DNA of 64,000 nucleotides from Callorhinchus milii. Lineage: Eukaryota. Location of the stretch: NCBI RefSeq assembly GCF_018977255.1, contig NW_024704743.1, positions 18,478,001-18,542,000 on the forward strand. Direction: 5' to 3'. Under the pieces are notes generated by a model, which had not been told where the DNA came from, did no database searches, and saw only the letters and a program-made list of their open reading frames with translations. The position numbers were made by a program, and so were the translations under genes. Shown piece after piece: positions 12,290 through 25,100 of this stretch (its first letter is position 1; each line of letters opens with the position of its first letter).

Positions 12290-14605
12290 TGACTGTGTGT
12301 CTCTCTGTATGTCTCAATGTCTCTGTGTGTCTCACTGTGTGCTTGTGTGTATCTCTGTGTGTCTGTGTGTCTCACTGCATGTCTGTATCTCTCTGTGTGT
12401 CTCTGTGTGTCTCTGTGTATCTCTGTGTCTCTCTGTGTGTCTCTGTGTGTGTCTCTTTGTGTCTGTCTGTGTGTCTCGCTGTTTGTCTTTCTGTGTGTCT
12501 GTGTGTCTCTCTGTGTGTCTCTGTGTCTCTCTGTGTCTCTGTGTCTCTCTGTGTGTTTGTGTATCTCTGTGTTTGTCAGTCTATGTAGCTCTTGTGTGTC
12601 TGTGTGTCTCTCTGTGTGTCTCTGTGTCTCTCTGAGTGTTTGTGTGTCTGTGTGTCTCTACGTGTGTTTCTCTGTGTAACTGTGTGTCACGCTGTGTGCC
12701 TGTGTGTATCTGGTTGTCTGTGTGTTTGTGTGTCTGTGTGTGCATCTCTGTGGGTCTGTCAATGTGTCTTTCTATGTGTTTCTCTGTGTGTCTGTGTTTC
12801 TCTCTGTGTCACTCTGTGTGTTTGTGTGTCCGTGTGTCTCTCTGTGCGTCTGAGTGTTTCTCTGTGTGTCTGTATGTCTTCTGAGTGTCGGTGTGTCTCT
12901 GTGTGTCTCTGTGTCTCTGTGAGTGTTTGTGTGTCTGTGTGTCTCTACGTGTGTTTCTCTGTGTATCTGTGTGTCACTCTGTGTGTCTGTGTATCCATGT
13001 ATGTCTCTCTGTGTATCTCTCTGTGTGCCTCTCTGTGTGTATGTGTGTCTGTGTGTCTCTCTGTGTGTTTGTGTGTCCGTGCGTCTCTCTGTGTGTCTTT
13101 GTGTCTCTCTGTGTCACTCTGTGTGTTTGTGTGTATCTCTGTGTGTCTGTGTGTCTCACTGCATGTCTGTATCTCTCTGTGTGTCTCTGTGTATCTCTGT
13201 GTCTCTCTGTGTGTCTCTGTGTGTCTCTCTGTGTGTCTGTGTCTCTCTGTGTGTCTGTGTGTCTTTGTGCGTGTCTCTGGTTGTATGTCTGTGTCTTTCT
13301 GTGTTTTTCTCTGTATCTCTCTGCGTGTCTGTGCATCTCTCTGTGTGTCTGTTCATCTCTCTGTGTGTCTGTGTCTCTCTGTGTGTGTCTGGTTGTCTGT
13401 GTGTCTCTTTGTGTGTCTGTGTGTGTGTGTCTGTGGGTCTGTATGTCTCTGTGTGTTTCTCTGTATGTTTCACTGTGTGTCTCTGTGTGTGTGTGTGTGT
13501 GTGTGTCTCTCTCTACGGGTCTGTGCCTCTCTGTTTGTCTCTGTGACTCTCTCTGTGTCTCTGTGTGCTTGTGTGTCTCTCTGTGTTTCTGTGTGTCTCT
13601 TTATGTGTCTGTATGTTTATCTCTGTGTCTCTGTGTTTCTCTCTGTGTCTGTGTGTCTCTCTGTGTCTGTGTGTCTCTCTGTGTCTGTGTGTCTCTCTGT
13701 GTGTCTGTTCATCTCTCTGTGTGTCTCTGTGTATCCCTCTATGTGTCTGTCTGTGTGTCTCGCTGTGTGTCTCTCTGTGTGTCTGTGTTTCTCTCTGTGT
13801 CTCTGTGTCTCTGTGTGTGGTTCTGTGTCTCCTCTTTGTGACTGTGTGTTTATCTGTGTCTCTGTGTGTCTCTGAATGTCTGTGTGTCTGTGTGTTTGTG
13901 TGTCTCTGTGTGTCTGTATGTGTCTTTGTGTGTCTGTGTGTTTTTTTGTGTGACTCTGTGTTTCTCTGTGTGTCTGTGTGTATCTATGTGTGTCTCTAAG
14001 TGTGTCTCTGTGTGTTTGTGAGTCTGTGTGTCTCTGTGTCTCTCTGTGTGTTTGTATGTCTCTGTGTTTCTTTGTGTGTGTATGATTGTCTGTGTGTATG
14101 TCTCCCTCTCTGTATGCATTTATGAATATCCATGGATGAGTGTCTGTGTGTCTCTGTGTTTGTTTGTTTGTCTCTTTGTGTCGGTGTGTCTCTGTGTACT
14201 TGTGTGTGCGTATGATTGTCTGTGTTTGTTTCTCTGCATTTATGAGTGTCTATGTGTGTGTATGTGTCTGTATGTCTCACTGTGTGTTTGTGTGTCTCTC
14301 TATGTATCTGTATGTCTGTGTGTCTCTCTGTGAGTCTCTGTGTGTCTGTGTGTCTCTCTGTGTCTGTGTGTTTCTGTGTGTCTCTCTGTGTGTCTGTGTG
14401 TCTCTCTGTATGTCTGTGTGTGTGTGTGGTTGTCTGTGTGTATGTCTCTCTATGCGTTTTGATTGTGTGTGTGAGTGTCTGCGTGTCTCTCTGTGTGTCT
14501 GCGTGTGTATATGGTTGTCTGTGTGTATGTTTCTCTATGCGTTTTGATTGTGTGTGTGAGTGTCTGCGTGTCTCTCTGTGTGTTTGTGTGTGTGAGTGTG
14601 TATGA
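12290..14605. repeat. 2.3-kb degenerate (TG)n/(TC)n compound microsatellite
   Basis: Almost pure TGTG/TCTC mosaic. Confidence 0.97.
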
Positions 14606-14959
14606 TTTTTTCTGGGAATAGAACTCCTTTCGCTTGGCTCCTTGTAATTTCCAACCGAAGGTTAGATCTAACTGAACAAGTTAATTGTAGCATAATATTA
14701 CAGCGGGCATTTCATAGGTTTGTGTATCTGGGTAACCACATTTACATCCTCCCGAGTAGCTGCCATAAAGCACAAGGCTGACGACAGACCTGACAGTGTA
14801 AACAATCCTGCAACCATAAGTGAACATTTTTTTTTAACTGAGTGAAAAATACTCCAATAGCTTTTCATAAATAGATTTAAAGAATCCAGCTTCTTTTCTG
14901 GAAAATTTAATTCTGCCTTTCAAACATTTACCTGAATTCATAGTAATATTTTATATTAC

Positions 14960-15046
14960 CTGAATTCCTGGTTTGCTTCAGAATTTCTATACCACATACG
15001 TTGCTGTGTTTTCTTGAAGAAGTTAACGATATCATCATCTTCATTT
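14960..15046 (-). pseudogene. ST8SIA copy A relic of exon 3 (EDDDIVNFFKKTQQRMWYRNSEANQEF)
   Basis: Homologous to 34354-34440; acceptor AG lost, conserved Cys changed to Arg, donor duplicated. Confidence 0.85.
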
Positions 15047-15344
15047 TAAAAATTAAATCAAATATTGATATTGCAACAATGCAACTAGAATTAGGGTTTA
15101 GGGTAGTTTTGTAAAGCCGTCATAAATTTGGAAAGGCTTTCATCTGGAAGCTGATTTTCTGAAGTTTTGTTTCAAATTAAGAGTGAATTTTCCAATTCTG
15201 GTCTCCACACTATAAGAAGGATATAACAGCAATGGAAAGAGTATAGTGGAGGTTTATAACGATGATACCGGGGATGGCAGGTTTCTGCTATCAGGGAAGC
15301 CTGGACAGGTTAGGATTTTTCATTAGAGGAGAGATAGCCATCTG

Positions 15345-17095
15345 CGGCATATCCCAAGGCTCTATCTTTGGGCCCTTTCTCTTCTTGAAATACCTGCTCC
15401 CTCTCGGCGATGTCATCCGCAGACACGGCACGGGGTAAACTTCTACAGGTATGACACCCAAGTTTACTCCTCACCTACCTGCAACTCCAGGTCCGCTGAT
15501 GTTCTATCAGCTCGTTTGTTGGGCATCAAGGCTTGGATGAGCACAAACTTCCTGCAGCTGAACCTCGACAAGACCTAACCAGACTCCTTGGTTCCCGTCA
15601 ACGTGTTCTCTCCTGTGACTCTGATTTTCTCAACCTCCTTGGCCTTTCCCTAAGACTTACCGAAACTGTACATAACCTGGGTGTCAATTTCGATCCCCAG
15701 CTGTCCCACCTCCCCCCGGCTCGGATTTAGGCTCTGCCACTGTTAAGCTCTCTGAGACACTGCCCTGCATGGAAGGCGCTATATAAGTGCAAGTTGTTGT
15801 TCTTGTTTAACTGTGACAGAGCCTGACATTGAGCTGGAGGAGGGAGGAAGTGACCATAAGAACGGTAAAAGAGGGAAGTCTTCAGGCATAAACTGAAAAA
15901 GGGGAAATAGGGGCAAGGCAGAGGCATTGAGGGAGGGAATTCCAAAGTTTCGGAGCATTGTGGTTATAAACATGGCCACCGATGGTGGAGCAGAGGGGCT
16001 GAGGAGGAGGACGAGGAGGCCAGAACCAGCTGAGCAGAAGCAGTTGGTGATGGAGTGGGGAGTTAGCAGGTCGGAATGATAGGGAGGTGCCAAAGCATGA
16101 AGGGATTTATAGACAAGTTTGACGAACTTAAAGTCTGATTGGGAGCCAGTGGAGCCTGACGAGGACTGGTGTGATGGGGATACGAGGTTTGGAACGGTTG
16201 AGTACATAGGCGGCGGAGTTCTGAATTGCTGCTGGGGAAATCAGCAAGGAGGGTATTGCAATAATAATAATAATAATCCTTACATAATCCTTCCCTGGGA
16301 CTCTATGCCTTATCACGTCTTTAAGATGTCTTGAAGGGCTTCACAGAATACACTGTAAAGTGAATTGACTGTATATTTTGTGAGCGAAATAGTTGAGGCG
16401 GGTGTGACGAAAGTGTGGACAAGGGCTTCAGCCGTATTGAATGTTTTTGAGGTATGGTCGGAAGTGAGCAATGTGACGGAAGTGGAAGAAAGCGATTATG
16501 GTCAGGGACTGGATATGGAATAGGAAGGAGAACTGGGGATAGAACCATACGTCTAAGTTATGTACAGGTTTGGTAAGTCTTATGGAAAGGCCAGGGAGTT
16601 TGAGGAAGTCAGGAGAGAAGACTTTGCCGGGAGCCAAGGAGTATGGCTTCATCTCTTATCGACTCATCCGGGCATTGATGTCTGACAAACAAGCTGGGTG
16701 TCATCTGCATACAAGCTCCATTCCCCTTTCCAGGACTCCCACCATTGCGAGAGGTAAGATAATGGTGCCCAACCTCAACTAAATGGTGCATGTGATCTCC
16801 CTCTCCACACTTTCCGTCGGTTTCTAGAGGTAAGTTGGTGGCTCCCTGCTTTGCCCACACATCTAACATCTTTCTAACATCTATATGCTTCCTCTTGGTG
16901 ACATCAACCGCAGACATGGGGTCAGCTTCCACATGTATGTGGATGACACAGAATGATGCAGATCATCCAGAACTCTGCAGCTCGTGTCCTCTCGTGCACC
17001 AAGCTATGTGACCCTATCACCCCAAGGATGCAGTTCAAGATCCTGGTCCTCACCTTCAAAGCCCTCCATGACCTTGCTCCACCCTACCTCTGTGA
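15345..17095. mobile_element. Cluster of L2 fragments in both orientations, with a SINE tail
   Basis: Plus strand 15345-15810 and 16900-17095; minus strand 15830-16250 and 16395-16730; L2 RT and C-terminal motifs. Confidence 0.8.
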
Positions 17096-17160
17096 CACAG
17101 GAATAACTGAAAAGTTTCGTAAAATAAATGACAGTATAACAATCAATAGATAAATTAAAA

Positions 17161-17171
17161 TTTATTTTATT
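17161..17171 (-). promoter_or_regulatory. Candidate polyadenylation signal (overlapping AATAAA) of copy B
   Basis: AATAAAATAAA on the minus strand about 1.5 kb past the stop, followed by a U/GU-rich tract; conserved in copy C at 58819-58824. Confidence 0.45.
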
Positions 17172-17374
17172 AATCAGATTGTATTCATAGCCACTCATTG
17201 ATTCCGGCGAGAATTATTTGCAGAGAAAGCCCAGAGAAGGCAAAGATTATTTTGCCATTCTGTCTCGACCGAGATTTCCAAATCTTTGATATACTCGCTC
17301 CAGCAGAATCACCATGAATATAAGAATAACCACCTAACTTCCAGAATTTCAGTGACACAGGACTAGCAGCAATT

Positions 17375-17600
17375 GTGGAGCCCTGCAGCTTAGCGGTTAG
17401 AGCACTCGCCTCACAAGCAAGAGGACCTGGGTTTGATTCCCGGGCAGGGAGAAACATTGGCCAAGTTTCCTTCTGCACACGCCTCTGTTTACCTAGCAGT
17501 AGGTAGGAGTCAGGTTGTTAGTCAATTGACGGATCGCTTTTATGGGCGTAATAAGTCCTTAAAAATTTTTTTAAAAAATAATAATAATAATTTGGTCACT
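17375..17600 (+). mobile_element. SINE 5' part (long subfamily)
   Basis: tRNA head plus CCTCTGTTTACCTAGCAGT core. Confidence 0.8.
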
Positions 17601-17699
17601 CAATCAAAGTACCATCAGAAAGTAGACAAAGTTATAAAAGATGAAAGACTGAAAATCCACACAGTTCCAACACAAACAGTGTTAGATCATTTCGCCTTT

Positions 17700-18150
17700 C
17701 TCCCCATCACCGAACAGATCGACTTCAAGATCCTCACATTTGTGTTTAAACCCCTTCACTCTCTGGCACCTCCTTATTCCCCATTCCACCACCCGGCGCC
17801 TCCGCTCAACTGGTATGGGCCTCCCTCTCGTCCCTCACACGCTCCACCCCACCATCGGAAGTCATGCTTTCAGCCACTACGCCCCGAAACTCTGGAACAC
17901 TCTCTCTCAATCCCTCCACCTTGTCCCCTCTCGCCCCGAAACTCTGGAACACTCTCTCAATCCCTTCACCTTGTCCCCTCTCTCCCCTTTGTCAAGTCCC
18001 ACCTAAAAACCTTCCTCTTCGACCGTGCCTATGGCCACCGCACTCCCCCCACCCCATCTCCCCCCCACTACTGGCTCGGAGCACGGTTAGGTGCTCTGAG
18101 ATGCTACCCTGCATGGAGTGCGCTATATAAATGCAAGTTGCTGTTGGTAT
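17700..18150 (+). mobile_element. L2 3' end with an internal duplication of about 50 bp
   Basis: YAPKLWNTL repeated; [10 protein letters not shown]. Confidence 0.85.
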
Positions 18151-18678
18151 AAAGAAAAAGTGAATACAGCATTGAACATTTGTGTTGTCTACTGCATATT
18201 TGTCAGCAACTTAACATCATAACCTGCCTTTACCATCAATAGAACCTGGTTGATTAATATGAGGAATAGAAATTCAAATCAATCTGTAATTACCCACAAA
18301 AAACTATTCTATTGATCCCACAGCCAACCAGCCACTTATCCATACTCTCTTGTGAGAAGATAATGTACACTTGGACAGAAACATTTTTCTGAATTTCTAA
18401 ATTTTAAGAGGGAAAATCTCAACTTGTGGTTGCAATCCTGGGACTTCAGGAGGATTATTACTATACGGGATCCCGGGAATTTGATACAGCATCATATTAC
18501 GTTGTTGCAATGTTTCAAAGCGCATCTCAAAATTTTATTGCGGCTGTGTATTCGGATGAGAGGAACGGAAAAAATAGGGAAAGAAAAGTGATGAAACGAG
18601 AACACATTCATAAAACTAGTTAGGTTGCACTGTCACAGATTTGAACTTCTATGTATGTTTGCCTTGTACCCCATCCTT

Positions 18679-19159
18679 CTAAATATTTGTTGGCTTGTTC
18701 TTGCATTTTCCAGCTCGCAACTTCAGAATGCCTTTGGTGTGAAGTTGCAGAAGTGTGTAGAATTCCCTCGGCATGGCATGAGGTGTTCGCTTTGGATTTA
18801 CATCATCATAGTAATGATTGAAGAGCTTCATTCCTTCCATGTTTTTCGAGAAGGGCCAGAATCCATATAGCCACACCTCGTCACAAAGCTCCAGTGCTGC
18901 ACTCAATACTATCAAGCCACTAGATAGTCGAGTCTCAGACACACCGACGGATGTCCAGAACCGAGTGATATTTACCATGTAAGATGGGTTTAAATATATT
19001 GGCTGCAGTTTTGAACCAAAATCTTCCAGTGTATAGGAAACTTTAAATACTATGCCAGTATATAATGGATAAGAAAATGCAGGTAATAGAATCAATGCTT
19101 TTCCATAGACCTTTGTACTCTCCCAAAAGGGCTTTCTTCTAAAATTTAGACTTTGATAT
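18679..19159 (-). CDS. ST8SIA6: Copy B exon 7 (motifs S, III, VS, stop)
   Basis: Acceptor tttttgcag; YQSLNFRRK...LPAFS...YGFWPF...HYYD...HAMPREF...GILKLRAGKC, then TAG. Confidence 0.95.
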
Positions 19160-22100
19160 CTGCAAAAATAAATTGTGCACAATGAACAACAACAACACAA
19201 AATTAAATTTGTATAGCGCTTTTCACTTGGAGCACGATCCAAGGCCTTGGACAGTCAGTGTTTCAGACCAGAGCTGGGAGTCGGGATTGGGGATTGCAGA
19301 GGGCAGGAAGGGAAGGAGGGTGATTGAAGGACGGTAGAAGAGGAGGATCTTGAGTTGGGTCTTGAGGGAGGCAAGAGAGGGGATGAAGTGGAGGGACTGT
19401 GGGATGGAGTTCCAGAGGGTGGGGGCAGAGTGGCTGAAGGCCTGCCCGCCAATGGTGGGCAGGCGAGGCAGGGGACTTGAAGCAGACCGAAGCCCGCTGA
19501 GCGGAGGAAGCGAGCATGGTTGGTAGGGGGTTAGGAGTTTGCAGCGGGAGGGGGGACCAAGGCCATGGGGGGCTTTGAAGGTGAGCACCAGGATCTTGAA
19601 CTGTATTCTCTGTTGATGGGAAACCAGTGGGGACAGACGAGGATGGGGGTGATAGGGTCTCGGAGCCTGGTGCGGGAGAAGATGCGAGCTGCAGAGTTCT
19701 GGATGATCCACAGCTTTTGGAGGGAGGAGACGGGGAGGCCAACAAGCAGGGAGTTTGCATAGTCAAGCCTGGATGTTATGTATGTGTGTTTGAGGGTTTT
19801 AGTGGCCTGCGGTGTGAGACAGTGGTGGAGCCGGGCGATGTTGTGACAGTGGAGTAAGGCAGAGCGGGTCGTGGCACGGATGTGGGGTAGAAAGGATAGT
19901 TGAGGATCAAACAAGGTGTGATGGTTCTGAATTTAGATAACAAACAGCAGTTATACACTCGTCGATGCAACAACAACAAAATTACATTTGTAAAGTGCCT
20001 TTCACATCGGGAAGATGTCTCAATGTGCTGAACAGCTGGGGATCAGGACCTGAGCATTTGGGGCGGGGTTGGGGTGAGGGAGGACAGAAAGGTAGGAGGG
20101 CGGCTGAAGGCACGGTCAAAAAAGAGGGCATTGAGTCATGCCTTGAAGGAGGCAAGAAAGGGAGCAAGATGAAGGGACTGTGGAATGGAGTTCTAAAGGG
20201 TGGGGGCAGAGAGGCTGAAATATATTTCAGAGCCCTACCAATGGTAGGGCGGGTCAGGCAGGAGACATGGAGCAAGCTGGAGCTTGTTGAATGGAGGGAA
20301 CGGATAGGTTGATAGGGGGTTAGCAAGTCAGAGAGGTAGGAGGGGGGCAAGGCCGTGGAGGGCCTTGAAAGTGAGGACGAGGATTTTGAATTCTATTCTC
20401 TGAGGGATGGGGAGCCGTGGAGCTGGGCGAGGGTGGGGGTGATGGGGTTACGGAGCCCCGCTGCGGATACAAATGATATACTTGGCTTATTTTATTTTGC
20501 TTTTGTTTAACTTAATTAGTGGTTGTTAAGGTTAATAAATATTTCTTGGCAGAGATAAGAGCCACTCTTATTTTTGTTTGGTCAGATCAGGTGTCTGATA
20601 CATGCAGAAACACAGTACCTCTCTCTCTCTCTCTGTGTGAGACTCAAAAGTCAATAGTTGGAGAGATTAAGTCCCAGGGATCCATTGACATTTATCTCTA
20701 TCGTGCGTTGACTTTAAACGTGTGTTTATAATGATTTCTAAGTACTGTATTCTCAGTCAGCGTTCGATGTGTTCTACACACTTGTTTTAACCAGAATTCA
20801 AAGTGAGTGTTTTGATTTCCCCATTCCCTCCTTCCCTCTTCTCCAATGCTTAATAGGAATATAATAATCCCTCCAAAAATAATAATATAGTCACTCAATC
20901 CATGTCTGTTTGTGGGACACTGCTGTGGACAATTGCCTGCCGCATTTCGTCAACAAATTACGCAGACAATCTATTCTGTGAAGCGCTTTGAGACACCTTG
21001 ATGACGTAATAAGGCGCTATATCAAATGCAAGCATTATTATATTATTATTGTCCTACCCAATAGGGCTTTGCTTTGCAGGGATAACTGAGGCTGTGTGGG
21101 AGCATTCCCTGTTTCCATTGACTGGTCTGCCCCTCAAAGTCCTTCCGATGAGCCAGGCTGGCTGTGCTGTCATCAGCAGCGTCCTGGAATACTGTAGACC
21201 GGATCGATTTAGGAACCGGATTACCAAGACTGTGACAGAGGATTGGCTCGATTCCGATATTCCGGTACCAGACATATCAACTTGGAGCCAGGTCAGCTCC
21301 ATGGAGACTCCGCTTACCCCCCACCCCCCCCCCCCCAGAAGGATAGTCACTATTTCTTTGTTTGACATCCGAAAAGTGTGCCAGGAACTCCCTGTGAGCT
21401 TCCTGGTGGGCAGCACAGCTCACCATGAAATGCATGAGAGCATTGAGGCCATCTTCCTGTCCACATCTCTGGCACACATCCCTTCCCATTGAGTGGTGGT
21501 CCCACCAGTTGGAGGTGCGGAGTTTAAGCAGCAGCTGCTTACCTCTCTGCGAGCCAATCAAGGTGGATTCCTTCTCTAACTAGTCAATCATTGTTTTTAA
21601 CAACAAAAACAAAATTATCCTTATAAAGCGCCTTTCACGTCAGGAGGACGTTCCAAGGCGCTGGACAGTCAGTGTTTCAGACCCAAGCTGGGGGTCGGGA
21701 TTGCGGAGGGTGGAGGGCAGTGGGGGAAGCACGGTGATTGAAAGCACGGTTGAAGAGGAGTGTCTTGAGATGGATCTTGAAGGAGGCAAGGGAGGGGGCG
21801 AGGCGGAGGGACTGAGAGGTGGAGTTCCAGAGGGTGGGGGCAGAGTGGCAGAAGGCCTACCCACCTCATTAGATAATACTTTAATCTCTTCAAATCTACG
21901 AAATATAAAATAAATTCACCAAGGCTCTGAAAATGTCTGCACTCTTTCACTTCTAGGGTTAATCTGGTGACATATTAACAGGATTGTAAAGACCGGTTTT
22001 ACCTGGAATTCGGACCTAGCCAGACCGGGCCCAAAAAGGAAATAAATCCAATGGTCCTGCCCTCGTGTAGACTCCCCCAAGCCCACTCTGCTATCGTGTG

Positions 22101-25100
22101 CCTTCAGTGGCCGGGATATCTACTTTGACTCAGTTTAAATCCCACAAGCAGAAGATATCTTATTCACTATCTGCTGCTCAAGGATTCAAACAATTACAAT
22201 ACCGGGACCTGCATTTTTCAGCACTGAAAAAAGCCAGTAAATGCCGGTACTGTCGTAATTACACTTGGCCAGAAATTCCATCCACAGAGCCAGATACCCC
22301 CTCCCACACTACACTCCAATATACACCATTTAGTGTATATTCTTCATAAAGTTATGTACCAAAAGTTGGACATCGGGGGAGTGGGGAGCTTGGGGGCGGG
22401 GGTAGATTGGGACAATTAGCAGAATCTCTTTGGGGCTTACATGGCTCTAAGCTGACATGCCTGTCAATTGAAGACCAGAACTGAGTCATTCGTTTCAGGT
22501 GGTCCTAGCAGTTTGGTTCCTGAGCCAAGCTTTCCACTACAATGTTGATAGTGCACAAGGAACAATCCCCAGATAAAATTGATCATTCAATTTCTAGCTG
22601 TTTGTGAGACATTGCAGTGGGAAAACTGGATGCTGCATTTGCCCACACACAAAACAAAGCAGTCACTCCACTTTACAGTAAATCTTGAGTGGAGTCCTGT
22701 AGAATATTGGCAAAAGCACTTGCAGCTCAAGCGAGAGGACCCGGGTTCGAATCCTGAGCGGGGTGAAACCTTAGCTAGTTTCCTTACTCCAAACATCTCT
22801 GTTTACCTACAGTAAATAGTCGATTGACGGATCACTTTCTGGCGGTAATAATCCCTTCAAAAAAAATTTGGTTACTCAATCAAAGACTATTTGGGGTCAC
22901 TGCTGTGTGCAATTAGCTGCTGCGTTTCATGCACAAAATGTAGTCAATTCACTTCACAGTATATTATGTGAAGCGCTTTGAGACATGATAAGGCACAATA
23001 TCAAAAGCAATGATTATTATTATTATCTTATGAAGAGATTTGAGAGATCTTCCTGATGTGAAAGATGCAATACCAAATATAAGGATAATTAATATTCATT
23101 TTTACACACCCTGCTATTAACTTCTTATTCTGAATTCAACCTTCATTGAGTCCAGCAGCTCAGTGGTTAGAGCATTCACCTCACAAGCGAGAGACCTGGG
23201 CTCTATTCCCGGCAGGGCAAAATGTCCTTATTCCACACGCCTCTGTTTACCTAGCAGTAAGTAGGAACCTGGTTGTTAGTTGATTGGTGGATAGCTTTTA
23301 CGGGGATAATAATCCCTAAAAAAAATACAATAATTTGGTCACTCAATCCATGACTGTTTGTGGGACACTGCTGTGCGTAATTGGCCGCATGTTTTGCCAA
23401 CACTTCAATTCAATTTACAGTATATTCTGTGAAGCGCTTTGAGACGTCTGGAAGATGTGAAAGGCGCTACATCAAATGCAAGGGTTATTATTATTAACCA
23501 TGTAGGATATCACAATGTCTCTGTCCACCTTTCTAGACCGATTACATCTTTCCACTGAAACCATAGAATTCCTCACTCTATCCTATCTCTAAATGAATAC
23601 TTACTTTCTTGTAAATATGGATGGGTTAGCTGTCACTAGGTCAGTTTTTGATCCTACATCATCTTCTCTACCAACGATAGCAGCAAGATTACACCTGTAA
23701 AAAGGTACAAAGGTTGCATGACTTTTGGGAATCAATAAACTTATCTCAGAAGCTGTAGACAACCATCAACTTTATTTCACGATAATCTTCTGATTTGTGA
23801 CGGAAGATTTTATTGAATATTTAGATAAATTCTGAAACACACCTGTACAATAAACTAATAAGTAACAACTGTTTGAACTAGATTTTTATTGTGGTCAGCC
23901 AGGTATCTGTCACCCTACACAGGAACATTTTCCTGAGTCTGGAATGGAATAAGTGCTAGAGGGACCTACACTGCTTAACTAATTGTGGAGAGTATAAAGC
24001 AGCTTGGCAAGAGGCAAGGCTTTGGGGACTGCAGTACTGCTGGAGTTTAACCAACTAAACCTGCAGAGAGCATTGCCTGGCAGGTTTCCATTGAGAGCAC
24101 TTCCTGTTGGTCAGGAACTATACAACCAAGACCACCACAGAGGATTGATCCCATGTCAACATTCTGCAGGAAAGTGTGTTACTTTAGAGCCAGATCAGCT
24201 AAAATTAGACCCTGCTTAGCCCTCCCCCAAGGAGAATAGTCACAGGTTGATCATTTGACATCTCACAAGTGCTGATTTGAACCCTCACTGGATGAATAGC
24301 AAGTATCATGAACTCTTGGGAGCTTCCAGGTGAGCCACACAACTCATGATAAATTGTATGAGAGAGCATTGCTACCATCCTTCTGCCTACAGTTCAGACA
24401 TAATCCCTACCCAATGAAAAATTGTTCCACCAATTGGAGATGCGAAGGTTGGACAACAGCTGCTTATCTCTTGGCATATCAATCGAGGTGGATAATCCCC
24501 ATGGATATATGAATGTTTGTTCACAAACCCAGACTCTTGTGTATCCTGAGTTATCTTAGAGCTGAAGGACATGGATAACCCTTTAGATGACACATGTCTC
24601 ACACAGTTAAATTACTGTTATAAAAGGGAGTGGAATTGTGTATTCAAGGCAGAGGTTCGGAGAATGGCAACTAACTGAGTTGCAACCGCCGCCTGTCCGG
24701 AAGCTGGGATTGACTAATATGATCTCAATTCTGACTACTGCTTAAATGTATTGCAATGTTACATACAATACAGCTGATTGTGTCAATTTTAATAAAAAGC
24801 ATTTTTTGCTTTTTTTTGCTTTACAAACTTAATGTCGTCTCAAAAGAGTCCTTAACAAATTGGCGAGCCAGCCAGGAGGACGTATAGAGAGCAACTGAAA
24901 ACCCACAGTCACTCCTACCCAGTAAGAGTATCGTCCTTCGGGCTTTTGAAATTGTGAGTTAGGGGAGAGACGTGACAAAGCTTTTATCTGAAAATTTTGT
25001 TGACACAATCCCTCGTTAGAACAGGTTTAGATTGATCTGATTTCTAAGAGGAAGGCGTTAGTTGCGGCTAACGTAGTGTCGGTGTATTGTGTGCCATGCA

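Noticed and set aside
12267..14605. Long Cys/Val/Ser/Leu-rich ORFs (up to 427 aa) and His/Thr/Arg-rich antisense ORFs
   Set aside because: Translations of a stop-poor microsatellite
15090..15103. TTAGGG-like telomeric words
   Set aside because: Only two imperfect units
24612..24620. TTAC+TGTT as target-site duplication and 5' LTR start
   Set aside because: It lies inside sequence homologous to the middle of the 3' LTR; no true TSD found
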